DNA of 64,000 nt from Cladosporium halotolerans (Eukaryota). Numbering within the stretch: position 1 is the stretch's first letter; each line of letters begins with the position of its first letter. The notes beneath the pieces are model-generated. The model did no database searches, was not told the origin of the DNA, and saw only the letters and a list, made by a program, of their open reading frames with translations. Positions 11,685 through 24,094 of the stretch are shown here, in pieces. The stretch is from positions 1,116,001 to 1,180,000 of the forward strand of contig NW_027191452.1 of the NCBI RefSeq assembly GCF_011745625.1. The letters are read 5' to 3'. The translations under genes were made by a program, and so were the position numbers.

Positions 11685-14521
11685 ATGGAAGCGGCTGTGC
11701 GCTGGTCGCCGCACTCGACAGGCGATAAACGTCGATTCCTGTTGGTTGATGTCGCCGAAAGCAGCTTGACGCTCAATGAGATCGATGGCAATGTCAACGA
11801 TGGGTCAAAGATTCCACACCAACGAGTTGCCCATTATGGCAAGCTGCCTAATTTTGCCGCTTTCGACTGGTCGAGGACGGATGAATCTTTAGTGGCCCTT
11901 GGCCTGGTCTCGGGCAACGCGAGCTTGGTGAAGCTTAGTGAGACTAACGAGCCGTCGGAGGTCGTGACGACTTTTAGGATCAAACAGCAAAGGAAGTGCA
12001 ACTCAATCGCGTTCAGCAATGAGAACTGGCTTGCGGTGGCGCTCGACAAGACACGATCGGACGTTTGCCTCAACATCTACGATGCCAGTGGCAACTCTGG
12101 CAATCAGAGTGATCCAATCAGGAGGCTTTGTCCTGCTGAACTGGTTTCTAGTGTCAGATTCTTTCCTAGACAGCCACAGGAGATTGTTCTTGCGGCTCAG
12201 CGAGCTTTTATCCGGTTATATGACCTGCGAGGTTGGTTGCTCTTATCCACTTCGTTCAACAAGTACTGACACAATAAGACCCTCATGGAAACTCCGGTGC
12301 CAACGTCCAGGCCTCTACGAGGAATGTCAACAATATTGCCATCGACCCGATGGACGATAATTACTTCGCTTCCGCTGGATCCACCGATGACCCGTCTGTG
12401 ACCGTATGGGACAAGCGTTGGATCACTCATGGAGCTGGAGCGACGAACAACGGTGCAGTTTTCGACTTCAAGCCAGCCGTTGACAGCAGCTTGAGAACAT
12501 CAGTGTGGAGCCTGCGGTATTCCGGGCAACATCGCGGCCGTCTCGCCGTTTGCTCCAGCACGGGAGAACTTAAGATTTTTGACATGGTGGAAGGCCGGAC
12601 TCATCTCTCGCAGTCTGCTGAATACATGCCTTTCAACCCGTACGGTGGCTCACATTGGACGACAAATCGCTACGTTTCAGAGAGCAAAAGCCTGGAGCAC
12701 CCGTGGCATCATTCTAGCCACGGAAGGCCTAGCAATAGTAGGATCGTCGCATTTGACTGGATGAGAGATGGAGACATTGATGTGGACCAGGGCTTGATGG
12801 TACTTCGGCCTAATCGCTCGGTTGACATCATGCGCGTGCCTACTGATAAGTCTATTGCTGAGGTAACGCCACGGCACGAATTCAGCGTAGCGTTGAAAAC
12901 CTCATCCTTCTCTGAACCAAACACCGCGGCTGATACGACGCAAGTGGAGGCCACCTATGAACAGCAGCACGGTGCTTCAGAAGCGGAAGACTTCGGTCCG
13001 CTCCAGTACAGTGGCGAGCTTAACGTAGAAGAGGAGGTCTCCGTACCGGTTTGCGCGCCAGGTGATCCGCAGATTGCTTCTTTACTGGCTGCAGGAACCG
13101 TTCCTCGTGAGCGCTGTCGACGTGGATACTTATTCGATTGCCAGAAAAACATGGAGATTGTCGCGGGCAATTGGCAACTCGAGCGACTGTGGGAGATCGT
13201 TGGCCGCTTCCAAGAACAGGCACAGGAAGACGGCATGGTATTCGACACCTTGGATCTGAGTTATGTTGGAGTCACAGGCCTCTGGTCAGAGAACCCAGGC
13301 CACAGCCCGAATCGGTTCCTCTCGCCAGCTCCTACAAAACCAGAAGACGCGTTGATTGGTCTGACCGAAGAGAAGGAGATCCCTTCTTTTGAAGGAGAGC
13401 GAACAGAATTTCCAGAACATAGACAAATTTGCCTTCTGGTATGTGGCTGGAAATTCACCTTGGATACACTGGAAGCTGAGTGTCAGGAGCTCATTGATCG
13501 AGGTCTGCACTATCAAGCTATCGTGCAAGCTGTGCTGCATGGCTATCGAAACGTGGCTTTAAATTTGCTGCGAACTCTGATACGGAGCAAGACAATACCG
13601 AACATTGGACTTGGTGCTCTACTAGCATCGGATGAGATCAATGAGGCTCAACGGGAAATGTGCATGTGGATGTCAGCCGATACTGATGATCCGGCGTTGA
13701 AGGCTCTGCTGACGTACCTCACCAACGGAGACTGGCGAGATGTCATGAAAACGAACTACTTGCATCTTGGCTACCGAGTAGCTCTCGGCCTGCGATACCT
13801 CAACGATACCGAATTGAGCGGCTTCATCCAATCAGAAACCGCGCGCGCTATACGCAATGGTGATCTGGAAGGCATCCTTCTGACTGGCCTGGGATCACAG
13901 GCTATGGACCTACTGCAAACCTACTTGACCCGGACAAACGACCTTCAAAGCGTCGTGCTCGCGGCCAGTTTCACGAACCCGCTTTATGTTGACGATATCC
14001 GCTGGGAGATGTGGAAGGATACCTATTTCCAGCAAATGCAGACATGGCGCGCATTCAACGAACGCACCAAGTTCGTAATTCAGCACAATCGTCTCGCGCG
14101 CACACGCGAAAGAAGTTCTGCAAAGATTGGCAAAACGCCAGCACAGGTCGCGTTGAAGTGTGCTCACTGTCACGGTTCACTCGCGCGCCACGAAAATCAC
14201 TCCCTCAGCGGGAAGAATGCGTCGAAGCAAAACGTCAAACCAAAGGTCAAAGGACCTGCAGCAAACGCCGGTACGGTCTGCTTGAAGTGTGGCCGCCATA
14301 TGCCGCGCTGTGCAATTTGCGCGTTGTGGCTGGGGACGCCGGACCCCCAAAAACAAGCTGCAAAGAAAGACATTGCGCAGGTGGAGCATGCGATGAGTCG
14401 TTTCTTGAGCTTTTGTGTGGCGTGCGGGCATGGATATCACGCAGATCACGCGTTGAGGTGGTTCGAGGGCCACGATGTATGTGCTGTGCCAGACTGCGGC
14501 TGCTCTTGCGGGTTGAAGTGA
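11685..14521 (+). CDS. SEA4: GATOR2/SEACAT subunit Sea4/MIOS; intron 12232-12278
   Basis: N-terminal WD40 repeats, 'GDLEGILLTGL', C-terminal Zn-ribbon/RING 'CLKCGRHMPRCAIC...CGHGYHADH...CAVPDCGCSC'; the intron joins two ORFs in frame. Confidence 0.9.
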
Positions 14522-15432
14522 TGAAGCCATGTGTGGTCCTCGACCTTGACCTGGGACTACTACCGGCCGGCTCTTTCACTCCTTGTCCTTTCGTTGCTAA
14601 GCGGTATGCGAATTTTCAGGCGCACACGTGGAGGTGGATGCTCCGATATTGGCTCTGTCTTGTTTGAAGCTCTTCGTTCAATCTAAACGTAGTAGCGCCA
14701 ACAGTCATGGAAGCATCCAGCAGGCAGGGATTAATGAATGTGAGTGGTCCTAACGGCTGTAATCGGAAATCTCGGATGGAGAACGCAGCTGAAAGATCAC
14801 TACAGGATTAAGTGTACATATGCAATACACGCCTTAATTGAAGCTGCCGCGAAATGTCACCGCACCGAAAAGCTACCACCCATTTCAGGAACGGCCTGCT
14901 ATTTGCCGTCGTTTGAAATGATTCCGGTCTCCCATGATCTTCTCGCTAGGACCCGATCAAGGTCATATCTGCGGTTTCCGACATTGGCCAGCGCTTCTGG
15001 TTGAAGAAAACGTCGTCTATCACATGCCAAGTAACTTGACTGGCGTGTGACAAGATGCACGCGTCAAATTGATCCCCCATTTAAATTGAGCTCATATCTG
15101 CGGCTTTCGACACTTTGCGGCTTTCCACTCCCAGTCAGAGCGGAGTCGACTTGCGCCTTCACTGCAATCACGTGCAGCGCGGTTGCCTAAGCAAGTGAAC
15201 GCGCGAGCTGCTTTAAGACTCGACATGCGATCAGCCGTTGACGTTCTACCACGACACTTCCTTATCCGCACAGCGCCAGACGCGACCATTACTTGCAGCA
15301 GCATCAGCGACGTCTACCAGCAGCAGAGGAGCACACCACGAGGTCAGCCACCCCTGTTCCAAAAGATAGCAGCGAACACTCAGCACTCTCGCCGCAGCGC
15401 CGTCGTGGCCTGGGACGCGCACGAGAAGCACG

Positions 15433-18400
15433 ATGGCGTCCACCATCATGGCACGGCCTGACGAAGGCCGCATGCACCGTCTGGCTCTACAAGTCGCACA
15501 TTCCGCGATGACAGGCTTTCATGAACACATGGCTAAAACAGACCACAAAGTCGTTGCAGTGGAGCGGCATGACTGTGACTGGCGCGATGGCTGCAAGATG
15601 ACCGAAGAGCGCTTCCTATGGTTCAAGGCGCGCGACAAGACCCCAGTTCGTCAAATCAAATCATTCTACCGCTCGCACTACGATGATTCCGCCCTAAAGG
15701 TCACGCTCAACGTCCACCAGCAGCAAGTTGACGACTCGAAGTTCCTTGCCGATCTCGACAGCTTTCACGACAGGTTTATTGTCTTCACTACACAATCGCC
15801 GCTTCCCGCTCCTCCGGCCCCTCTTCCATCTTCGCAGCTCTTTGTTCCGGAGTATCGGCCGAATCTAATGCTGGGTCTCTCCAGTGCTCCCTCATATTCG
15901 GATGAAAGCGGAACTTCTCGCAGAACTATTGGTAGCGCAAGTCACACACAGTCGACAAGTACAGCTTCTGTCCTTCTCGGAGGCAATGAATCAAGGACGG
16001 TGGTACACACGGCTCTGAAGGAACTTCTTACGGAGCGGTCGCCGGAGAGACTCGAATATGCCGTGCAAAAAGGCCTTGCGACACTGAAGGAGATTGAGCA
16101 GCATCTCTACACCCTTTCAAAAGACCCAGATGCACGCAAATGGCTTGTCACAGTCGCTGAAGTCCGCGAGATGGCTAGCAAGAATCGCACCGTGATCGGA
16201 GTTGCCGGGAACACAGGTGCTGGGAAGAGCAGTGTAATTAACGCTGTGCTGGAAGAAGAGCGATTGGTCCCAACGAACTGCATGCGTGCTTGCACTGCCG
16301 TGGTGACTGAAATGTGCTACAACGAATCCAACGACCCTTCATCCCCATACCGAGCGGAGATTGAGTTCGTGCAACCGGACGACTGGCGCCGTGAGCTCGC
16401 TATACTTTTTGAAGAGGTCTTTGACGGCGCGGGCAGTATCAATAAGGATGTTCACAACTCCGAGTCGATCGCGGGTGTAGCGTACGCCAAGATGCGTGCC
16501 GTCTACCACAATCATACAAGGGAGATGCTGCAGTCGAGCAACATCAATCAGCTCATGGCCACCAAGAGTGTCATTGATGTGCTCGGGACTGTGAAGCGTA
16601 TCAGTAGCGGCGATTGCGCTAGCTTCTACCAGCGTCTGCAGCACTATGTCGACAGCAAGCAAAAGCCGGGATCCGACCAACACGTTAAAAATGCGCAGAA
16701 ACGTGAATTGGAGCTTTGGCCTCTGATTAAGGTCGTGCGCATATACACCAAGGCGGAAGCTCTGTCGACCGGCGCTGTTTTGGTTGATCTGCCAGGCGTG
16801 CACGACTCGAACGCAGCTCGCGCTGCAGTTGCCGATTCCTACATGAAGGAATGCACTGGGCTCTGGATCGTCGCCCCTATCACTAGAGCCGTGGATGACA
16901 AGGCCGCGAAGAACCTACTCGGCAACTCTTTCAAACGCCAGTTGAAATACGATGGCACATATTCTGCAGTCACATTCATTTGCTCCAAGACGGACGACAT
17001 TTCCAGAACTGAAGCGATCGACTCGCTCCATCTCGATACCCGTATGGCAGGATTGCTTGGTGAGCGATCCGAAATCGATCGCAGCAAGCTTGAAATCAAC
17101 GAAGAGCATGCGCGCCTTCGCAATGATCGCGAGAGTAATGACGATGAAATGCACAAGTATGAGGAGCAGATCGACCATCTAGACGATGAGCTCAGCAATA
17201 TCTCGATCGGAAACATGCCTTACGATACCGGGGCTCCCAACAACAAGCGAAAGCATGCAATAGAGGCTGAAGAAGCGTCCCTCACTGACGGCGTGCCACT
17301 TACGGCGCAACAGAAACATGACAAGATTGAGAGTCTCAAACAACTCAAGAGGACTGCTCGTCAAAATGGACGGCGACTGCGAGAGAGAATGGAGCAGTTC
17401 CAAAGGCAGCTCGTAGATCTGGAAGCGCGCAAAGTCGAGGTTGACGCGAGCTTGGATGCCTTTTGCATTGAAGGCCGCAACGAGTGGTCCCGCGCACGCA
17501 TCAGAGAAGACTTTGCAGAGGGCATCAAGGAGCTAGACCAGGAGAACGCCGCTCAAGAAAATCCCGAGGAGTTTGACCCGAACCACGACGTGCGGGACTA
17601 TGAAAATGTGGCTCGCTCGCTACCAGTGTTCTGTGTCAGCAGCCGTGCATATCAAAAATTGAGTGGTCGGCTTCAACATGATGGTGAGGTCGTCGGCTTT
17701 TCTTCGAAGAGCCAGACTGAGATCCCCCAACTCCAGGCACATTGTCGAAAGCTCACTGAGGGCGGAAGGCAAGCTGGGTGTACACGTTTCCTTAACAGGT
17801 TGAACCAGCTTCTCACGTCCTTAAGCCTCTGGGCATCTGATGATATGAGTGACTCTTCGGTCGATTCACAGCAGCGCATATCGTTCAAGAGCTCTCTCGC
17901 AAAGAACCTGCTTCAGTTTGAAAGGGGCCTGGAGGTCGGTGTGGACCAAACTATGGATGACGTCGTCGAAATTCTCGAGGCACAGCTGTTCGGGGAGTTC
18001 GCCGCAGCCGCAAATGCCGCAGCTTCGGCCGCTGACTCAACTGTCTCCAGCTGGGGAGCCCCTATGGAGAACGGTGGACTGTTCTGGGCTACGTATAAGG
18101 CCACAGTCCGCCGCAAGGGTATTTTTGCAGGGTCCTCTGGAACTCGCAACTTCAACGTAGAACTCACGGATCCACTTTACAAGGGACTGAGTACTCCGTG
18201 GGATCAAGCGTTTCACCGCCGTCTGCCAGCAGTCATCCAGAGCTTTTCTATCGGTGCGGTTACTACTTTGCGCCAATTTCATGATGCAGTCGAGTCCGAC
18301 TGCAAAGAATATGGTCTTGGGGTCTCCCGTATCGCTCGGCTGGAGGACAATATTATCGTATTTGAGACTGCTTTCGAGGAGCTTTCAAAAGCGATGACAA

Positions 18401-18936
18401 TCAACGTCAACGAAGCGCAGCGTGAGATCAACAGAGAATTCACACCGTCGGTGGCTTCAGCCATGGATCCGGTATACACTGTGTGCGGCGCAGAGAATGG
18501 TAAGCGTTCATCTCAAAGTTTTGTTCGTATATCACTGACGTACTTCGCAGGCCGAGGTTCGTTCCAACGTATGAAGCAGCACATGGCCACTCATATTGCC
18601 ACTCACCAATCCAGCATGTTCGAAGATGCCACGACCATGGTTAGGAACAATATCAACTCCATGTGTGAACAGGCGAGGAGAACCATGCACGGGCGCGTGC
18701 ATCATGTTCAAGAAGCAATCTCACGCGACTACCTGACGATCCTTGGGGACGAACACAGTAAGAATCGAGCGGTCAGCAATGTGGAAAAGACGGCGCGTAG
18801 GGATATTGAGGATGTAATCAATGAGAGTGAAGTTTCTTTCCGAGAGGCGTTGGAATGCGACTTGGATCAGCTCGCCTCCGTTGGTGGCAAGCGCTCGGAC
18901 ATCGACCGTGAGGATACGAGCGCACCGCTAATTTGA
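15433..18936 (+). CDS. Dynamin-superfamily GTPase (SLIP-GC-like fungal family); probable intron 18500-18550; start uncertain
   Basis: G1 'GNTGAGKSS', G2 'PTNCMRACTAV', G3 'DLPG', G4 'SKTDD', followed by coiled coil and helical bundle. Confidence 0.85.
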   Translation: MASTIMARPDEGRMHRLALQVAHSAMTGFHEHMAKTDHKVVAVERHDCDWRDGCKMTEERFLWFKARDKTPVRQIKSFYRSHYDDSALKVTLNVHQQQVDDSKFLADLDSFHDRFIVFTTQSPLPAPPAPLPSSQLFVPEYRPNLMLGLSSAPSYSDESGTSRRTIGSASHTQSTSTASVLLGGNESRTVVHTALKELLTERSPERLEYAVQKGLATLKEIEQHLYTLSKDPDARKWLVTVAEVREMASKNRTVIGVAGNTGAGKSSVINAVLEEERLVPTNCMRACTAVVTEMCYNESNDPSSPYRAEIEFVQPDDWRRELAILFEEVFDGAGSINKDVHNSESIAGVAYAKMRAVYHNHTREMLQSSNINQLMATKSVIDVLGTVKRISSGDCASFYQRLQHYVDSKQKPGSDQHVKNAQKRELELWPLIKVVRIYTKAEALSTGAVLVDLPGVHDSNAARAAVADSYMKECTGLWIVAPITRAVDDKAAKNLLGNSFKRQLKYDGTYSAVTFICSKTDDISRTEAIDSLHLDTRMAGLLGERSEIDRSKLEINEEHARLRNDRESNDDEMHKYEEQIDHLDDELSNISIGNMPYDTGAPNNKRKHAIEAEEASLTDGVPLTAQQKHDKIESLKQLKRTARQNGRRLRERMEQFQRQLVDLEARKVEVDASLDAFCIEGRNEWSRARIREDFAEGIKELDQENAAQENPEEFDPNHDVRDYENVARSLPVFCVSSRAYQKLSGRLQHDGEVVGFSSKSQTEIPQLQAHCRKLTEGGRQAGCTRFLNRLNQLLTSLSLWASDDMSDSSVDSQQRISFKSSLAKNLLQFERGLEVGVDQTMDDVVEILEAQLFGEFAAAANAAASAADSTVSSWGAPMENGGLFWATYKATVRRKGIFAGSSGTRNFNVELTDPLYKGLSTPWDQAFHRRLPAVIQSFSIGAVTTLRQFHDAVESDCKEYGLGVSRIARLEDNIIVFETAFEELSKAMTINVNEAQREINREFTPSVASAMDPVYTVCGAENGKRSSQSFVRISLTYFAGRGSFQRMKQHMATHIATHQSSMFEDATTMVRNNINSMCEQARRTMHGRVHHVQEAISRDYLTILGDEHSKNRAVSNVEKTARRDIEDVINESEVSFREALECDLDQLASVGGKRSDIDREDTSAPLI

Positions 18937-20829
18937 ATGATGTCGTTTACCGGTGGCGTAGAATCCAATGGCATTGAATGGGGGGATTTTGCTTTCGTAG
19001 TGCACGTAGTTCTCCATATCAAAATTGCTCCCGAGTAGTCTATGATGGAGGGTAATACCTGCTATTCCTTACTTCAGTCTGGAGAGGACTCAAGACGTCT
19101 GTCTGCGACTCAAGGATCCTGACGCCACGTTAGAATTCAGGAATAATCCACGGCCCTAAAGGCGACTTCCTGTAATAACATCGGCCCAATTTGGCGCGAA
19201 ACCATGACTCAGGTGGTCCTATTGGGTCCCGGGGCATCCGGGCTCCTCCACCGGTGGCTTGACGGGCAGTGCTTTATTGTAAGGCGGAGCGGGAGGATTA
19301 ATGCAACGACAAAATTGGTCAACACGTTTTAGGCATTTCCGCGCCAAATCAAGCTGGTCTTACGCCCGCTGTGCCGTGCCTCTGGAAGCCTGTTTGGAGA
19401 ACACTAATCTGTTGAAGCGCCATATGCATTCACGCTCTCAGACCGGGCGAGCTCCTGAATTCTTCTATGTTGATTGGCGACAATGGCTGCGATGCTGCTT
19501 CAGCTTGCATGTGAACTGGGTCATTTTGTGAACCCTCTTGACAGATCTCTTGTGTCACGCCTGTCTCGTGCTGGCTCTGGTACAGCGTACGGTTGGCATG
19601 CCTTGGCTATCTGCTGCGGTTGTCACGACAGACTTCATCCAACCGGGGAGCTCATCGTGCGAGATGGACGGTGAACAATGTAGCATCAGACTTGGTGACG
19701 CCACAGTCGCTTCGTCTTCGTGAATTAGCTAGACGGTATATTCTCCCACGAAGGCAAGAGCCGAGGAGTCTCAAATTTCTGTTGCCGGAGTAGGAGGGTT
19801 GGTGTTGGTGGAGGATGCCGGCGGTCTGACGTCGAGTGCGGTTCCGTAAGCGAGGAAGCGAGGGCTTAGCGCACGTCTATTTTTAAAACCACTGTGCCTC
19901 GTATTCCAACGCCGCCCGTCAATCCGTCTGCCATGTTCTTGCTTGCCACTCTGCTTAGGCTCGATTCGAACGGCACGGGCATCCGAGCCGCATCTGCGAC
20001 TGAAGCGTTGGATGTCCCCGGACGCAAGTGTAAGATGGCGTCTCTGTTCGTCGACAGCGCTGATGGCCGGCCAGAGGGCGCGCACGAAGCGGCACAGCAT
20101 CTTCGGCCACGTTCCCAAAGTCCACGGCAACAGAGTTTCCAAGCGGTCAAAGCCCGGCGTCTAGAGTTATCCTCCAACTCTTTGCGAATTGACAATGATG
20201 GAGGAACTGCATGCTTCCTCCTCTGCCGATTTCGAGCAGCAGGAGTTTATGGTGAAGTTGGAGCGTTCCTTCTAGCCGCATTGACCATTTTCATGCCCGC
20301 ACGTCTAGTCCTTACCTCATACGCCATGAATAGTAATCGACGAGATTTGCCGCTCTATTCTCCTTATGATGCCCGCCCCGGATGCCATCTCGGCTGAAAG
20401 TGTTGTGACCTGACTCCGGCGTGACTACAAGGTTACGGGTCTTGACGGACCGCAAGCATGGGGAATTAGTCTTTTGCCCTCCAAATCTTCACCGTTTCGC
20501 GGAGAGAATCAGCACAGATAATGCTCGCTTATGCACTCTTAAGCTGAACGGCCGCCACTCTCCGGCAGTGCCTCAATTGATCCTACGCTGTACGCATCAT
20601 GTACGACCTGTCCGATCCCTTTGATTGACTTTGAAGGAATACCCTGTCAAGGTCATGTCAAGTTGCCCCCACAATGTCAACTGACTGGGTTCACGCAACA
20701 TTGCATATTCAGATGCCCTGTGATCGGCCTCCACACTATACTGATCTTTCGCCATTGACATCCATTCCAATCTACAAACATCAGTCAGATTTCATCATTG
20801 CCGAGGAATCTCGGTCCAACCAATATCGC

Positions 20830-21957
20830 ATGGACCCTCACGACCCGCCCGAATACGATCCGGAAATACTGGTTTCTCGGCAGAGGCAGGATGATACATG
20901 TATGCCATACGGTAGCCATCACTCGGAGAACGCACGTCAACAGCCAGCTACAAATCCCCTTGCACAAGGTCAATGGGCCAGAGTACCAACAAGACCTCCC
21001 GATTTTGGCACCTTTATCGCCACAAATCCTGGAAGTCGGGGTTTGAATCAACCTTCTCTACAGCGAACGCAAAGCGTTGGACCAGCATTCCGGCTTGAAA
21101 GCTCGCCTCCAAAATCTTCCAGTTCCAGACCACGAAGGCGACCGAGGCCATTGGATCAGGAGCGCCTGCGACAGCCTCTAAATCCCTCTATGCTGTACCC
21201 TCAAATGAGTCCGTACGCGGTGCCGGACAACGGATCGGACAATGACACTTTCGACTATCAACCACGCTCCATAAGCCAACCAACAACTCCAGGTCTTCTG
21301 CCGCGGGTCTCGGAGGTTCAAGCAACCACCCTTCCCCGACATGCCACCTATCCACCGGCCAGTGAATGGCTTGACCAAAACGAGTCAATCACAAACGACG
21401 CAGCTTTCAATGACGAGCACGAGTTTCGCTTATTCGTAGAAGCCACGGCTGGCTTGGGCCCAATACCGAGCATGGATCATAGAGGCTTGAGCTCACCATT
21501 TACCTCCCACAGTCATCCAATCCACCACAACGACAGCACAGGTGGATTCGAAACAGACACAAGCTACATGATCTCGCCGACCGCGGATACCCCAACGACA
21601 GTACAGGCTCTACAGTATCTTGCTCAAATGCCCGAGAATACCTCCCAACCACCACCGCAACCACCGCAGCGGCACAACATACAGGCGTTTGGACCGGATT
21701 TTGACAGCTGGCTGCAATCTCCGCCCTCACATGTCGGGCCAGCACAACGACCTCCAATGCCACCGCTTTCAACACAAGCAGTGATGCCGGACTGGACAAG
21801 TGTCCCGGATGTGAGCCCGCTTGACGAAGAGTTGCCTGACTATGCTGCAAGCCAGGCGCAGGCGCAGGCTGTACAGAGGGTTGAGGCGACAAGGCGAGCG
21901 CAGGAGTTACAAAGAAGGTGGCAGCAAAGCGGGAGCCGAACGACAAGGTACTCTTAA
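20830..21957 (+). CDS. Pro/Ser/Gln-rich hypothetical protein (alternative start 20674)
   Basis: Long ORF, low complexity, ordered-looking C-terminus 'ELPDYAASQAQAQ..EATRRAQELQRRW'. Confidence 0.65.
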   Translation: MDPHDPPEYDPEILVSRQRQDDTCMPYGSHHSENARQQPATNPLAQGQWARVPTRPPDFGTFIATNPGSRGLNQPSLQRTQSVGPAFRLESSPPKSSSSRPRRRPRPLDQERLRQPLNPSMLYPQMSPYAVPDNGSDNDTFDYQPRSISQPTTPGLLPRVSEVQATTLPRHATYPPASEWLDQNESITNDAAFNDEHEFRLFVEATAGLGPIPSMDHRGLSSPFTSHSHPIHHNDSTGGFETDTSYMISPTADTPTTVQALQYLAQMPENTSQPPPQPPQRHNIQAFGPDFDSWLQSPPSHVGPAQRPPMPPLSTQAVMPDWTSVPDVSPLDEELPDYAASQAQAQAVQRVEATRRAQELQRRWQQSGSRTTRYS

Positions 21958-22151
21958 AAGGCAGAGGGAAAATCTCATGGAATTACTGCACCTTTCCATT
22001 CTGCTTGAAAACCCTTGTGCAGTTGTGATTGCACCATATGAAGATATGACCGTACTCGAGATTCATAAACAGAGATCCTCAATCGGCTCGCAAGTGAGAA
22101 GTCTAAATAAAGTAGTAGCAATCTGGACACAATCTATCTTAGACCCAGAGC

Positions 22152-24094
22152 TCAGTGAAGCTTTGCTAGGCGGAGATAGCATTGCTGAGGGGCGCTAGTC
22201 AACAGCTCATGCTTTTTGTAGGTCGACAAAAGCTCCGGAACGGGCTGCAAGTCAAATCTCCACACGGTCAAGGTAACGAGTATGCGGAGTTGCATTTCAG
22301 CCAACTTGCGACCTGTTCGAAAACGTCAGCATTTATAGTGAATGCGCAAAACGTATTGCCCTTACCAAAGCAGCTGCGAATTCCCGCTCCAAATGGCATG
22401 GACGGCCCAGCCCTCGGATTGAAGACTTGCTTTCCATTGTCGTCCAAGGAGAGCCATCGCTCAGGCAGGAAGTCACCAATGGTGGAAGGATCCCAAACGC
22501 CATAGGCTGCTTTTGCCTCGCGGCTAGATTGGGTGCGCGAATTTTCGTCAATATCGAACGCCGGCGTCAAGAAGGATGGCCCGCCATTGGGAAAGAACAC
22601 GTCAGTCCCTTTTGGGATATGTATACCCAGAATCTGGGTGTCGACAGTCGCGACCCGGTTGACGATTTGAGTCGCAGAGGTATGGCGCATTACTTCCTCA
22701 ATGACCGCGTCAAGATATGGTACCTGACAGTTACAATGATCAGCGAGTCAGCCGCCCTTTATGGTAGATGGGCTCACACACCTTGGTTTTGCACAGTGCT
22801 TCCACAGTAGGGTCTTGGCCAGCATTAAGAACCTCCCTGAACGCTTCGTGCAGCTCGGAACGAAGTTTCGTCTGCACCGTCTGCCTCGAACTGATCCACT
22901 TCAGAGCCCACTGCATGACCGTGCCCGTCGTTTCGTATCCCGCAATAACAAAACCGAAAAGTTCGTCGCGCATTACTTGGGTATTCCATCTAAAAACAAT
23001 TGATCAGTCCTGGTCTTCAATACCTTCGAGCGGTACGCACTGTACTGGGCGGCCTTCTTTTTTCGACATTTGCACTTCGTTCTGCATGATCAAGTCTACT
23101 GCACATCGGAGGCTGCCTTGGTGAGCAGAACTTGAAGAGCTTCGCTTGTACGCTTTCTCCAACTCGGCATTTATCATCTTGTTCTTACGGGAGACAGCCA
23201 TGCGTAGTTTGGGGTGAAAATTCATTGCGAGCCAATGATGCAGCACTGGGGACGGCGACTTCAAAGGGATCTCGGACGACGCGGTTACTGTGACAGTTGC
23301 GTCGTATTCTTTCGATGTAGGCGCTACAGGTAGCTCGGCCTCTGTATCGTTGTTTTCTGGTCGTTCTCCCGATGGCAGCTTGGAGAGGAGGTCAACATGA
23401 TTCGAGGTGACCTGTAGGGAAGATCCAAACGTGGCTGCAAAGATAGTATCGCTGCATAGGTCACCCAGCTAACGTCAGAAAAAAGCCTCTGGGAGTTACA
23501 TCTGTGCCAATGTACTCACAGTGATGCGTTGAGAATGTCGTTCTTCGCTGTGAACGGGCGCCCAAGTGCCAGCCTCGACTTTTCGTTCCAAAGCCTGTGT
23601 AGCATGTTGATGCTTTCGTATACTCGTTTGCTTAGCACCTGATCGAGGAATTGGGGTGACATTGTGTCACCCACCAACCGTCGGTGAGCTTTCCATTCGT
23701 TTCCGAGCCTTAAGCCGGCGTGATGAGTCGGCAGCGTTGCTTTGAAGATGTCGCTAAAGAATTGAGAACGGTCGAATTCGCGGGATCTACGGACCATAAC
23801 GTCTTGAGCCTCTTTGAAATCGGCGACGACAACCCATGGCTTGCCGAACGGGCGGAGGAACAACTGGATGACCGGTTCATTGAGCTTGATGAGCTGTTGT
23901 GAGAGGAAGCCTGTCATTTCAGACCTCTCGGCCTCGTATCTGATTGCCTCAGGTAAGTCGCCGGTGATACGTCCTGCCGCATATTCGTTGTATGGAATAC
24001 CAGGAATTGGTTTGGGGAGCGCTGCTTTGTAGACAAGGTAACCAAGTACCAATGCGGCTGAGAGAGATGCAAAGTATACCGTAGTCAAAAACAT
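22152..24094 (-). CDS. Cytochrome P450; introns 23452-23519, 22990-23040, 22724-22781, 22313-22365
   Basis: N-terminal TM plus 'LPKPIPGIPYN', I-helix 'AGYETT', 'EEVMR' (ExxR), 'PERW', heme motif 'PFGAGIRSCFG'; exons join in frame. Confidence 0.92.

Noticed and set aside
22152..24094. P450 as part of a secondary-metabolite cluster
   Set aside because: No backbone synthase, transporter or pathway regulator nearby.
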